This document shows, in pieces, positions 14,542 through 23,321 of a DNA stretch of 64,000 nucleotides; position 1 is the stretch's first letter, and the number at the start of each line of letters is the position of its first letter. The notes beneath the pieces are model-generated. The model worked only from the letters and a program-made list of their open reading frames with translations, searched no databases and had not been told where the DNA came from. A program made the translations under genes and the position numbers. The stretch comes from Waddliaceae bacterium (GTDB taxonomy: Bacteria > Chlamydiota > Chlamydiia > Chlamydiales > SLFE01): contig CAVYRW010000004.1 of assembly GCA_963771045.1 (NCBI GenBank), positions 928,001-992,000 of the forward strand, read 5' to 3'.

Positions 14542-16117
14542 CTGCTTTCGCTTTGCTTTTATACTGGATAAACGCCATAAAAATGAGAGAGAGAACCAAG
14601 CTAATGATGAGAGGCAGGGTATAAGAAAAACCCGCATGGCTGCCGCTCATGAATCCGGCTGCTAAAAACCCTATGGAGCTAGCCGCAAAAGGGGGGATGG
14701 AATAAAGCCATTGCGTTTTGAAATGATCCACGGGATGACATTTAGCCCCTGCCGATGACAAGATTGTTGAATCGGAAAGCAAAGAAATGTGATCGCCGAA
14801 AGCGGCGCCTGAAAGGATTGCGCCTAAAGAAGGAAGTAAGATTGGTATCTGGTCGAGTGTTGCCGGGGCGGCGACTCCCTGCATTCCCAATACTGTTGGA
14901 GTGATGAGGGGAAGAAAGATAGCCGCCGTTCCCCAGGATGTTCCGAGAGAGGCCGCTACAAACGAGCTTAGCCAAAAACAGATAAGAGGCAAAAAGGCGA
15001 TTGAAATTGATTCTGAAATCAACGAGGAAATTTCATTGCCCAGTTTTAGATCGAATTTTAGAATATCGGCTAAAGTCCAGGCCAAAACAATGATCAAGAC
15101 GCTTCGGAAGCTGCTTTTGCAGCTTTTGACAATAACCCCAAGTGATTGCCTTATTTTGAATCTTCCCGAGAGCCGAAAATACCAGACAGAGACAATAAGC
15201 GCTGATATCGAGGAGACAAACAGGACAAAAGATATCGGAGTGCGAGTCATGATCTGCCAGACTGATGTGCTCCCTTTATCCATGATAAAAACAAAAACGA
15301 CAATAAAAAAAGGGAAAAGCAAGATAGGGATGAAAAAATCCGCAATCTTTGCAGATGATGAATTTTGAGACGAAATGAAGGATTCGTCAATAGGAGGATT
15401 TTCATATTTTTTCATTAATTTCAGCGACATGCGCGATCTGACTATCATCCAAAGAGTCGCGATTATTGTTAATGAATAGAGAATATAGGGGATCGTTAAA
15501 AAGTAGATCGAATTGGGGTTTTCTAAAAGGATAGTTCCTTTTTCCATTTCCGGATGTACGCCGTTATTGCTGAGTAGTCCGATAATTAAAGCGGTAAAGC
15601 AGGAAAAGGGGCATATCGTCACAAGAGGTCCCGACATTGAATCGGCTAGAAAAGCTGTTTTGACTCTGGGAACTTTAAAACGGTCGAGGATGGGTCTCAT
15701 AATCGAACTTACTGTAATACTGCTCAGGCTCCCGTCTATAAACAACCCGTGGGACAATAAAAGCGAAGTCGTTTCGGCACCTCTGGAATCTTTAATTCGG
15801 CGGCTTGCTAAAGAGGCTAATGCTTTGATTCCATCGGATTTTTTTACGAGTGTAAACAAAGCGCTCGAAGCAAAAATAAATCCGACAATAAATAACTTAG
15901 TGCTGCATGTGAACGAGTCCCAAGAAGACCACTTATCGGTCTCGCAATTCATCAATAATCGATGCGCAATTAGGCTCAAAGAGCTAAGAACCGAGCCGCT
16001 TGTGGCAATTAAACCGCCAAGTAAAATTCCAATTGAGAGCGATGGAATAATTCTGTGCGAGATAACGCCGACAACAAATACTACCAGGGCCGGAAGAAAT
16101 GGGAGAAGCTCGTTCAT
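14513..16117 (-). CDS. NhaC-family Na+/H+ antiporter-like transporter
   Basis: about 12 TM segments; GTSWGT, GAAFGDHIS and DSTILSS motifs. Confidence 0.82.
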   Translation of the reverse strand: MNELLPFLPALVVFVVGVISHRIIPSLSIGILLGGLIATSGSVLSSLSLIAHRLLMNCETDKWSSWDSFTCSTKLFIVGFIFASSALFTLVKKSDGIKALASLASRRIKDSRGAETTSLLLSHGLFIDGSLSSITVSSIMRPILDRFKVPRVKTAFLADSMSGPLVTICPFSCFTALIIGLLSNNGVHPEMEKGTILLENPNSIYFLTIPYILYSLTIIATLWMIVRSRMSLKLMKKYENPPIDESFISSQNSSSAKIADFFIPILLFPFFIVVFVFIMDKGSTSVWQIMTRTPISFVLFVSSISALIVSVWYFRLSGRFKIRQSLGVIVKSCKSSFRSVLIIVLAWTLADILKFDLKLGNEISSLISESISIAFLPLICFWLSSFVAASLGTSWGTAAIFLPLITPTVLGMQGVAAPATLDQIPILLPSLGAILSGAAFGDHISLLSDSTILSSAGAKCHPVDHFKTQWLYSIPPFAASSIGFLAAGFMSGSHAGFSYTLPLIISLVLSLIFMAFIQYKSKAKAATSDDKTLS

Positions 16118-16208
16118 AACTTCATAAAAGCGTAAATTAGAATAATTTAGAATATGTTTTCTAAATATTTAAAATTTAATAAAATGGCCTTATAAGGGAG
16201 GTAATTAT

Positions 16209-16415
16209 ATGGTTACTCGGCAGCTGAATTGGATAGTGACGCTGGTCATGTCGATTTTATTCGGAGGGCTTGGCGTTGATCGCTTTATGATGGGACATAT
16301 CTGGCTTGGAATACTTAAGTTCCTAACAGCCGGAGGTTTTGGTGTTTGGTGGCTTGTGGATATTATTTTAATCGCGACAAAGTACCCCTTCACAGGGGTA
16401 GAGTGGGTTACCTAA
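16209..16415 (+). CDS. TM2 domain membrane protein
   Basis: LFGGLGVDRFMMG...GILK..T.GG.GVWWLVD; strong SD GGAGGT. Confidence 0.88.
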   Translation: MVTRQLNWIVTLVMSILFGGLGVDRFMMGHIWLGILKFLTAGGFGVWWLVDIILIATKYPFTGVEWVT

Positions 16416-16437
16416 TGATAACGTTTCAAAAGCTTTA

Positions 16438-16560
16438 ATGACTGGTACGGTCTTGATGTGTCTTTTGGCAGTCTCATCTTGCGATCGGAGCGGAGGCAAT
16501 ATTAAAGAGATTGAGGAGCCGGAGACTGATTCTCAAGGGGATATCATTCAGGATGATTGA
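16438..16560 (+). CDS. candidate 40-aa lipoprotein (missed by the ORF track; possibly frameshifted)
   Basis: MTGTVLMCLLAVSSC-DRSGG lipobox followed by an acidic tail. Confidence 0.4.
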   Translation: MTGTVLMCLLAVSSCDRSGGNIKEIEEPETDSQGDIIQDD

Positions 16561-16563
16561 TTT

Positions 16564-16640
16564 TATACTGCGGCCGGCATCAAGCTCTGATTTTTGCCTT
16601 GCTAAGTCAACAATCAGAGCTTGATGCCGGCCGCAGTATA
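16564..16640. repeat. TA-flanked palindromic MITE-like element overlapping the 3' end of miaB
   Basis: perfect 29-bp IR TATACTGCGGCCGGCATCAAGCTCTGATT (16564-16592 / 16612-16640) with a 19-nt partly paired spacer. Confidence 0.85.
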
Positions 16641-17959
16641 TCTCCAAAGAGCGTTTGGTTGTTATAGCCGTGCAATTTGACGTTGACGAGTTCTCCGACA
16701 TCCTGCTCGGATCCGGGGAATAGGACGTTTTTCCAGCAGCGTGTACGCCCTTTAACTAGATTCGGATCTTTGGCATTTACTGTTTCTACGAGGATTTCCA
16801 CCGTCTCGCCCAGCATTTTCTGCCTCTGCTTGGCGTAGATCGTATCTTGCAGTTCCATAAGGCGGCGGAGCCTTTCCTGCTTGACCTCTTCGGGGATATC
16901 GTCTTTCCATCTCATGGCCGGTGTGCCTTTACGGGCGCTGTAGGCAAAAAGAAACGCGACAGAGTACTCAATTTCTTTGAGGGCATCATAGGTCATTTGG
17001 AATTCTTCTTCGGTTTCCGTAGGAAAGCCGACGATAATATCGGTCCCTAAAGCGACATTGGGAACTATTTTCCTGAACATCGCGATTTTTTCTATGTATT
17101 GTTCAAGGGTGTAGATGCGGTGCATTTTCCGTAGAATGCGGCTTGAGCCTGCTTGAATCGGAAAGTGGACAAATTCACAAAGAGAGTCCAGGTCGCGGAC
17201 CGCCTCCATCAGTTCGCGAGTGATATCGACAGGGTGGCTTGTCATGAATCGCACGCGTTCTATGCCCTCGATCTTGTCAATGTGATAAAGCAGGTCGTGA
17301 AAAAGGCAGCCCATTTCCGGCTTGTCCTTCCCAAAACTGTTGACATTTTGTCCAAGCAGAGTGACTTCCTTGTATCCCTGATCGGCCAAAAGCCGGCATT
17401 CATTGATAATGTCTATATGATCCCTGGAAACTTCAGGTCCTCTTGTATAGGGCACAACGCAGTAGGTGCAGTATTTGTCGCATCCTCGTATGATCGATAT
17501 ATACGCTTTGACTTTGTCGTCCCGTTTGGCCTTTGTATAGTCAAGTTCGAATGTGAATTGATCGTCGGTTTTAAACGATTGCCTTCCGGTGGAAATAACC
17601 TCGTCAAGGACGAAATTCAAGTCGTGGATATTGTTAGTCCCGAGGACAAAATCTATATGGGGGAGTTTGCGAAATAGAGAGTCCTTTTTTGCGTTTGCCA
17701 TGCAGCCTGTGACGCCTATGAGGGGGGTTTTCCTCTTTTTTCTTCCGAGTTGGCCGATTTTGCCCATGACCTTTCTCTCGGCCAGGTCCCGGATGGAGCA
17801 GGTATTATAAATAAGGAGGTCTGCTTCATTTTCTAAGAGGGTTCGTGCCAGACCCCGCTCTTCCAGGATGCCTACCATGATTTCGGTGTCGAGTTCGTTC
17901 ATCTGACACCCGTAGGTGCGGATGTAAAAAGTTTTTGGATTCCTGTTGAGCTTTTCCAT
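16607..17959 (-). CDS. miaB: tRNA-2-methylthio-N6-isopentenyladenosine synthase
   Basis: TYGCQMN, NTCSIR, GCDKYCTYC radical SAM motif; C-terminal TRAM domain. Confidence 0.95.
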   Translation of the reverse strand: MEKLNRNPKTFYIRTYGCQMNELDTEIMVGILEERGLARTLLENEADLLIYNTCSIRDLAERKVMGKIGQLGRKKRKTPLIGVTGCMANAKKDSLFRKLPHIDFVLGTNNIHDLNFVLDEVISTGRQSFKTDDQFTFELDYTKAKRDDKVKAYISIIRGCDKYCTYCVVPYTRGPEVSRDHIDIINECRLLADQGYKEVTLLGQNVNSFGKDKPEMGCLFHDLLYHIDKIEGIERVRFMTSHPVDITRELMEAVRDLDSLCEFVHFPIQAGSSRILRKMHRIYTLEQYIEKIAMFRKIVPNVALGTDIIVGFPTETEEEFQMTYDALKEIEYSVAFLFAYSARKGTPAMRWKDDIPEEVKQERLRRLMELQDTIYAKQRQKMLGETVEILVETVNAKDPNLVKGRTRCWKNVLFPGSEQDVGELVNVKLHGYNNQTLFGDILRPASSSDC

Positions 17960-18076
17960 GGGATTTAGGATAAATGATCTCCAACTTTTAGGAAAGAGGA
18001 TTTTTTTCTTGGCAAAAAGCTGTTAAAACGTTAATATATGTGCTTTAAGCGACAAAAAATTTAAGGTTATCCGACA

Positions 18077-18535
18077 ATGAAACAACATAACAAAGCTAAA
18101 ATTCAAAAAACTTTTTTAAAGCGTAAAGAGGATGTCAACCGGAAATGGTTTATCCTGGACGCGGCCGGAAAAACGCTTGGTCGATTTTGTTCGGAAGTTG
18201 CCAACATATTGCGCGGCAAGCACAATCCCGAATTTACCCCGCATGTCGATTGCGGCGATGGAGTTATTGTCATTAACGCTGCTCAGATCCGGTTGACCGG
18301 AAATAAGGAAGCACAGAAGGTTTATCGCCGTTATACGGGCTACATAGGGGGTTTGCGCGAGACCGATTTTTATACGCAGATGGAGCGCGACCCTACGTTT
18401 GTCATCCATCATGCAGTCAAAGGCATGCTTCCCAAAAAGTCGAAGATCGGAAGAAGCCAGGCGACCCGCTTGCGCGTCTATGCGGGCGAAAGCCACGATA
18501 TGCAAGCCCAGAAACCGGTAAAAGTAAATATTTAA
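18077..18535 (+). CDS. rplM: 50S ribosomal protein L13
   Basis: LRGKHNPEFTPHVDCGD and AVKGMLPK motifs. Confidence 0.97.
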   Translation: MKQHNKAKIQKTFLKRKEDVNRKWFILDAAGKTLGRFCSEVANILRGKHNPEFTPHVDCGDGVIVINAAQIRLTGNKEAQKVYRRYTGYIGGLRETDFYTQMERDPTFVIHHAVKGMLPKKSKIGRSQATRLRVYAGESHDMQAQKPVKVNI

Positions 18536-18546
18536 GGTGATTAAGA

Positions 18547-18954
18547 ATGGCAAAAAAAGAAGAAACAATTGAAGAATATATAGCCACTGGACGGAGAAAA
18601 ACGGCTGTTGCCTCAGTGAGGCTTCGACCGGGTTCAGGCAATGTCGATATTAACGCGAGAAAATTTGAAGACTACTTCCCAAGCGAATTTCAGCGAGGCA
18701 ATGTTTTGTCGCCGTTGGAAAAAGTTGTGGGGAATAATAAATATGATGTTGTCGTTCGAGTCAAGGGAGGGGGAATTGAAGCCCAGGCAACAGCGATCAG
18801 GCTGGGCCTTTCCAGAGCGTTAGTTTTGGAAGACGAAGACCGCCGGCAACTTTTGAAGACAGAAGGGTATCTGACTCGCGATCCCCGTAAGAAAGAACGT
18901 AAAAAATACGGTCTTGCCGGAGCGAGGAAACGTTTCCAATATTCAAAACGATAA
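18547..18954 (+). CDS. rpsI: 30S ribosomal protein S9
   Basis: TGRRKTAVA and TRDPRKKERKKYG...QYSKR. Confidence 0.97.
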   Translation: MAKKEETIEEYIATGRRKTAVASVRLRPGSGNVDINARKFEDYFPSEFQRGNVLSPLEKVVGNNKYDVVVRVKGGGIEAQATAIRLGLSRALVLEDEDRRQLLKTEGYLTRDPRKKERKKYGLAGARKRFQYSKR

Positions 18955-18970
18955 TTCTGACACTGAATTC

Positions 18971-19007
18971 AAAGAACCCTGGCTATTTAGCTTAGGGTTC
19001 TTTTTTT
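18971..19007 (+). terminator. rho-independent terminator of rplM-rpsI, overlapping the ssb stop
   Basis: AAAGAACCCT...AGGGTTCTTT stem followed by a T run. Confidence 0.7.
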
Positions 19008-19390
19008 GCACTTAAAGATTGGCTTTTGACTTTTTGTGTTTGCCCGTCGGTCCTGTCGCTCTTTTTATCCAGAAATTGAACCCTTTCAGCTGCAACTCTA
19101 AGTTTGCACCTTTTATCGCCGTCTTTTGAATACCAAACGTCAAGTTGCAAACGACCTTCAATGAGAACAGATGAGGAGACAGACAAAGCTTCGGCGCACG
19201 TCTCGGCTTGTTTTCCCCAGACAACGACATCAACAAAGCAAGCTTCTTGTTGTTTTTCTCCATGCAGATTAATGTAGTCGCGATTTAATGCTACCAGTAA
19301 ATCCGTAACCGCTACGCCATTTGGAGTTTTTCTTAGCTCGGGCTTTTTTGTGAGACGCCCTGCAATTATAACCTTGTTAAGGGATGCCAT
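18992..19390 (-). CDS. ssb: single-stranded DNA-binding protein (short form without acidic tail)
   Basis: MASLNKVIIAGRLT..PELR.T, VVVWGKQAE, IEGRLQ, VQFLD. Confidence 0.9.
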   Translation of the reverse strand: MASLNKVIIAGRLTKKPELRKTPNGVAVTDLLVALNRDYINLHGEKQQEACFVDVVVWGKQAETCAEALSVSSSVLIEGRLQLDVWYSKDGDKRCKLRVAAERVQFLDKKSDRTDGQTQKVKSQSLSAKKEP

Positions 19391-19589
19391 CTGATCCTCA
19401 AATAGTTAATTAATCTTTCTAACCCGACCTTATCAGAAAAAATTTTTATGACAAACAAAAAATACATTTAAATTAAATGTTTTCTAAATTATTAAAGTTC
19501 AATTTATTATAAAACAATGGTTGGCTATTTAAAACTTTGCCCTTTCATGCCTTGAGCTAACCGGCAGATCAGGTGTTTTTCTTTGAAAA

Positions 19590-19646
19590 TGAGCCATTAA
19601 CGATGTGAATGCTTTTTAAAAAAGCATTCACATCGTTAATGGCTCA
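19590..19646. repeat. perfect 57-bp palindrome between divergent ssb and rsbV
   Basis: 28-bp arms TGAGCCATTAACGATGTGAATGCTTTTT with a 1-nt centre. Confidence 0.9.
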
Positions 19647-19659
19647 AAATAAACAAGTG

Positions 19660-19689
19660 TTGACAGGCGTCTTATATCAAGCGTATAAA
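19660..19689 (+). promoter_or_regulatory. putative sigma66 promoter of rsbV
   Basis: TTGACA-18 nt-TATAAA. Confidence 0.55.
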
Positions 19690-19720
19690 GAAGTTAACAT
19701 TGAGGAACTCCGAGGTCTCT

Positions 19721-20065
19721 ATGGACGAGTCAGTCGCTATTGAAGAAAAAATCAATGGAAATGTTTTAATATTGTTGATCAAAGGCAGGTTGGATGCCAT
19801 ATCTTCGATTGATGTAGAGAAGCAAATATTCAACTATATTACTGAAGGGCATCACAATCTCATTCTGAATTTTTCTGAAGTGGACTATCTCAGCAGTGTC
19901 GGGATGCGGCTTTTGCTCCGAACAACAAAAAAGCTAAAGATGCTTTCAGGTAAATTGGTGGTTTGTGAGATTAACACAAATGTTATGGATATTTTGAAAA
20001 TGTCGGGATTCGACCATGTCATAGAATTTTGCAAAACTGAACCAGAAGCTTTGAAGAAATTTTAG
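19721..20065 (+). CDS. rsbV: anti-sigma factor antagonist (STAS domain)
   Basis: GRLDA, VDYLSSVG (phosphorylatable Ser), MSGFD; SD GAGGT before ATG 19721. Confidence 0.9.
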   Translation: MDESVAIEEKINGNVLILLIKGRLDAISSIDVEKQIFNYITEGHHNLILNFSEVDYLSSVGMRLLLRTTKKLKMLSGKLVVCEINTNVMDILKMSGFDHVIEFCKTEPEALKKF

Positions 20066-20226
20066 TGCTCTGTCAAGTTTAAATTGATGGTATCTTACCA
20101 CATATTTTTTCTTCTTGCTTTGCGCTCGCCCTCGACAACTTATTCAAGTTGTTTTCGGTCTTCGCGCTTCCCAAGAATAAAAAATCTGCGGCGATCTACT
20201 ATCAATTTAAACTTGACGGAGCACTA
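20063..20226. mobile_element. TA-flanked rod-like MITE-like element
   Basis: 30-bp terminal IRs TAGTGCTCTGTCAAGTTTAAATTGATGGTA (28/30 match); interior also pairs imperfectly up to an apical ACAACTT/AAGTTGT stem. Confidence 0.8.
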
Positions 20227-20276
20227 GCGCTGAATTAAACTCGACTTCAAAATGTTAGAACAAATAAGATGATCTT

Positions 20277-21311
20277 GTGAACAGCGGAATTTCATGCGGT
20301 AAAGATATATTAGAAAGATTGACATCGGGGAGCGCCCATGTTCAGGAACAGCTGACTTTTCCTCCAACAAAAGAAAAAAGGGCTAAAGTGATTGTGCTGG
20401 CAGGACCGACCAGCTGCGGCAAATCGGCCCTTTCCATGATGCTTGCCGGCATGATTTCCGGTGAAATCATATCCGCCGATTCTCTACAGGTCTATAAAGG
20501 GATGGACATCGGAACAGCCAAGGCTTCTAAAAGGGATAGGATTGAAGTTCCTCACCACATGATTGATATTCGGGATCTTTGGGAGGATTTCAATGTCGTC
20601 GATTTCTATCACGAATCCAAATTTTGTATCGATGCCATCCATAGCGCTCAGAGAGTGCCTATAGTTGTCGGAGGATCGGGATTTTATATTCATTCACTGC
20701 TGTACGGCCCCCCAAGCGGCCCTCCATCGGTTCCCGAGGTTAGAGAGAGGCTGGAAGCACAATTTGACCGTTTAGGGCCCGATGCCATGTTTGAAAGGCT
20801 TTCGCAGCTGGATATCGATTATGCGAAAACGATCACCCGTCATGATCGGCAAAAAATCATCAGAGCTTTAGAAATTATTGAAATCACCGGCTCAAAAGTG
20901 AGTCAGTTTAGCTGGAAGAATCGGAGGATTCCAAAGAATTATGATTTTCGATGCTGGTTTCTCAACAGGCCTAAAACCACCCTTTACCATAGAATTGAAA
21001 AGAGATGCGATAAAATGCTTTCCCATGGATTGTTAGAAGAGGTGTCCAGGCTCGAAAAGACAGGGCTTAGAGAAAACCCTTCTGCCTCCCAGGCCATAGG
21101 ATATCGTCAAAGCCTTGACTTTTTAAATGGCAAGCAGGATAAGCAGCATTACCTAGAATTTGTAGATAATTTCATGAGGGATTCAAGGCGATATGCCAAA
21201 AGGCAGCTGACCTGGTTCAGAAGAGAGCCCATGTTCCAGTGGCTTGATCTGGATCTGCACGACCCTGAGACCGCGATTGATTTGATTATAAACGATCTCG
21301 AGGCAAGATAA
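20277..21311 (+). CDS. miaA: tRNA dimethylallyltransferase
   Basis: GPTSCGKS, SADSLQVYKGMDIGTAK, VGGSGFY and YAKRQLTWF. Confidence 0.95.
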   Translation: MNSGISCGKDILERLTSGSAHVQEQLTFPPTKEKRAKVIVLAGPTSCGKSALSMMLAGMISGEIISADSLQVYKGMDIGTAKASKRDRIEVPHHMIDIRDLWEDFNVVDFYHESKFCIDAIHSAQRVPIVVGGSGFYIHSLLYGPPSGPPSVPEVRERLEAQFDRLGPDAMFERLSQLDIDYAKTITRHDRQKIIRALEIIEITGSKVSQFSWKNRRIPKNYDFRCWFLNRPKTTLYHRIEKRCDKMLSHGLLEEVSRLEKTGLRENPSASQAIGYRQSLDFLNGKQDKQHYLEFVDNFMRDSRRYAKRQLTWFRREPMFQWLDLDLHDPETAIDLIINDLEAR

Positions 21312-21408
21312 AGGGAAATTGTATAGTTTCTTCTTTGCATAAATTGCCTTTTTGGGTTATATTTGTGGATAATGTTAGTCTAAATACTTACAAGTAAAGA
21401 GATAGCCG

Positions 21409-23091
21409 ATGGACCAGCCTGATGAACAAAATACCGAAACCGTTTCTTGCTTGGAAGCTAATGAAAAAGAGGTGAATCAGGATATAGATATTATGCCCGA
21501 ACCAGCGAAAGAGGAAGATAAGACCGAAGAATCACAAACTCCAGCTTCGCAGAAAAAGGGGGGGTATGATGAATTTTTAACAGACCTTAAAGGACAAGAC
21601 GCTCCCGAACAAAAAATTGCTTATGTACTCGAATTTATGGAAAAGGCCATTTCTCAAGGGGGGGCTCCATCTTTTAAAGAATTTTGGGATGCTAGGAAGC
21701 TTTGCCTGTCCCTTTTCAAAGAAGAAACTCTCTCTTTTTCCGTACGTTCGCATCTGTGGAACCGTTATGTGGAATTGTCAAAAGAAGCCCATAGATTGAA
21801 AGAAGTCTTGGATGAACAAAGCGCGTTTGCCGCCGAACAGATCGACCTGGCAATAAAGGCCCTTGAAGATGATATCGAAAAACTCGCCGAAACAGGAAGC
21901 ATGCAGCAGGAAATCACATTCGATCCTCCTTCTAAATTTCTCGAATCCCGAATCTCGGAATATATCAAGATACAAACTGAATTGTCGCTTCTTAACGCTT
22001 TCGCCGCCAAAATCAATTCCTTGCGAAAAGAGCTGATAAAGACCGAGATGCGCATTCGGTTTAAAAATAAATTCTTTCAACGCTTGTCTATTGCCGGAGA
22101 CAAAATTTTTCCCCGCCGCAAGGACTTAATCAAATCGATTAGTCAGTTATTTATCGATGATGTTATCCGTTTCATTGATGAAAATTTCACATCACCCAAA
22201 ATCAACCAGCCATTTTACTTTTTAAGGGATGAGATTAAAGCTCTTCAAAGCGCAGCGAAAGTTTTGACTTTAAATACACAGGCTTTCAATCAAACCCGCA
22301 TGAAACTCAGCGAGTGTTGGGATAAAATTAAAAAAATTGAAAAAGAAAAGAAAAAAGAGAAAGCCAAACTTAAAGCTGTTTTTAAGGAGGGTGCCGATTC
22401 TGTCGAAGAAAAAATTAAGGAATTGGAATCTCAATATGAAAACGGCGCTTTTAGCGACGCTCAAGCTTCTACCCAAGTTTATGAAATTTCCCAATTTATG
22501 CGCCAGGTTCAATTGGGGCGTGATGATATCAAGACTTTTCGCGATCGTTTGAACCGTATTAAAGCGGACATCAACGCCAAAGCCGCGGCAGCAGAGCAGA
22601 AAAGATTGAAGCAAGAAAAGCAGCAGCAGGAGCAAATCGCCCTGCAGGCTGCTAAGCTGATCGAGCAGCTGGAGTCTCTTGCAGCGGAAATTGAATCCAA
22701 GTCCATCGAGGAGGTTAACGAAGAAATTGGCCGCCTGACTCAAGAAATGAGCCAGCTGAACCTCGCAAAATCTCTTCAAAATGATTTTGACCGGCATTTG
22801 CAGGTTCTCCAGGATAAGATCTCTGAACTAAAAATTCGCAATCTTCCAAAAAATGATCAGGATGCTTATGAGCAATTGAAAATTTTCTTGAGCGACAGTA
22901 AAAATAGAAGAAAAGAAATTAAGGGAAAATTAGAGTCTTATCGCAAGGCTACAGGCGCCTCGGGTCTCGATATGGAACAGGCGCTGAGGCAGCGGGAGCT
23001 TCTTGAGCATGAAAAGGAGCGCCTGGAAAAAGTCGACGAAGAGATTCTGCAGATCAAAAGTAAAATCAGGGATTTGGAACAAGCTACCTGA
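21409..23091 (+). CDS. conserved chlamydial coiled-coil protein (CT768-like)
   Basis: 560-aa helical ORF with FWDARKLCL and TRMKLSECWD blocks; position between miaA and rsfS. Confidence 0.7.
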   Translation: MDQPDEQNTETVSCLEANEKEVNQDIDIMPEPAKEEDKTEESQTPASQKKGGYDEFLTDLKGQDAPEQKIAYVLEFMEKAISQGGAPSFKEFWDARKLCLSLFKEETLSFSVRSHLWNRYVELSKEAHRLKEVLDEQSAFAAEQIDLAIKALEDDIEKLAETGSMQQEITFDPPSKFLESRISEYIKIQTELSLLNAFAAKINSLRKELIKTEMRIRFKNKFFQRLSIAGDKIFPRRKDLIKSISQLFIDDVIRFIDENFTSPKINQPFYFLRDEIKALQSAAKVLTLNTQAFNQTRMKLSECWDKIKKIEKEKKKEKAKLKAVFKEGADSVEEKIKELESQYENGAFSDAQASTQVYEISQFMRQVQLGRDDIKTFRDRLNRIKADINAKAAAAEQKRLKQEKQQQEQIALQAAKLIEQLESLAAEIESKSIEEVNEEIGRLTQEMSQLNLAKSLQNDFDRHLQVLQDKISELKIRNLPKNDQDAYEQLKIFLSDSKNRRKEIKGKLESYRKATGASGLDMEQALRQRELLEHEKERLEKVDEEILQIKSKIRDLEQAT

Positions 23092-23107
23092 TTGTCAATT
23101 ATCTATA

Positions 23108-23201
23108 TACCACAGAGATCGCAAAAATCCACAGAGAAAGGTTTTTTCTTGAGATTTTCTTTTGAAAGTTCTCCTCTGTGATTTTTGAGGGCTCAGCGGT
23201 A
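23108..23201. repeat. degenerate TA-bounded inverted repeat
   Basis: TACCACAGAGATCGCAAAAATCCACAGAG ... CTCTGTGATTTTTGAGGGCTCAGCGGTA. Confidence 0.55.
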
Positions 23202-23321
23202 AAAGATCCCGGCGGGAACTGCTGGCTTAGACCGAGTTTTGTGTTAAAGATTTTCATTGCATCTTAGTCGCATATTGGCGATATTGTTTTTTTTAGATGG
23301 ATTTTAAATTTAGGTAAGCAA

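Noticed and set aside
23213..23225. 13-mer GCGGGAACTGCTG also found at 50121
   Set aside because: A match this short is expected by chance in 64 kb.
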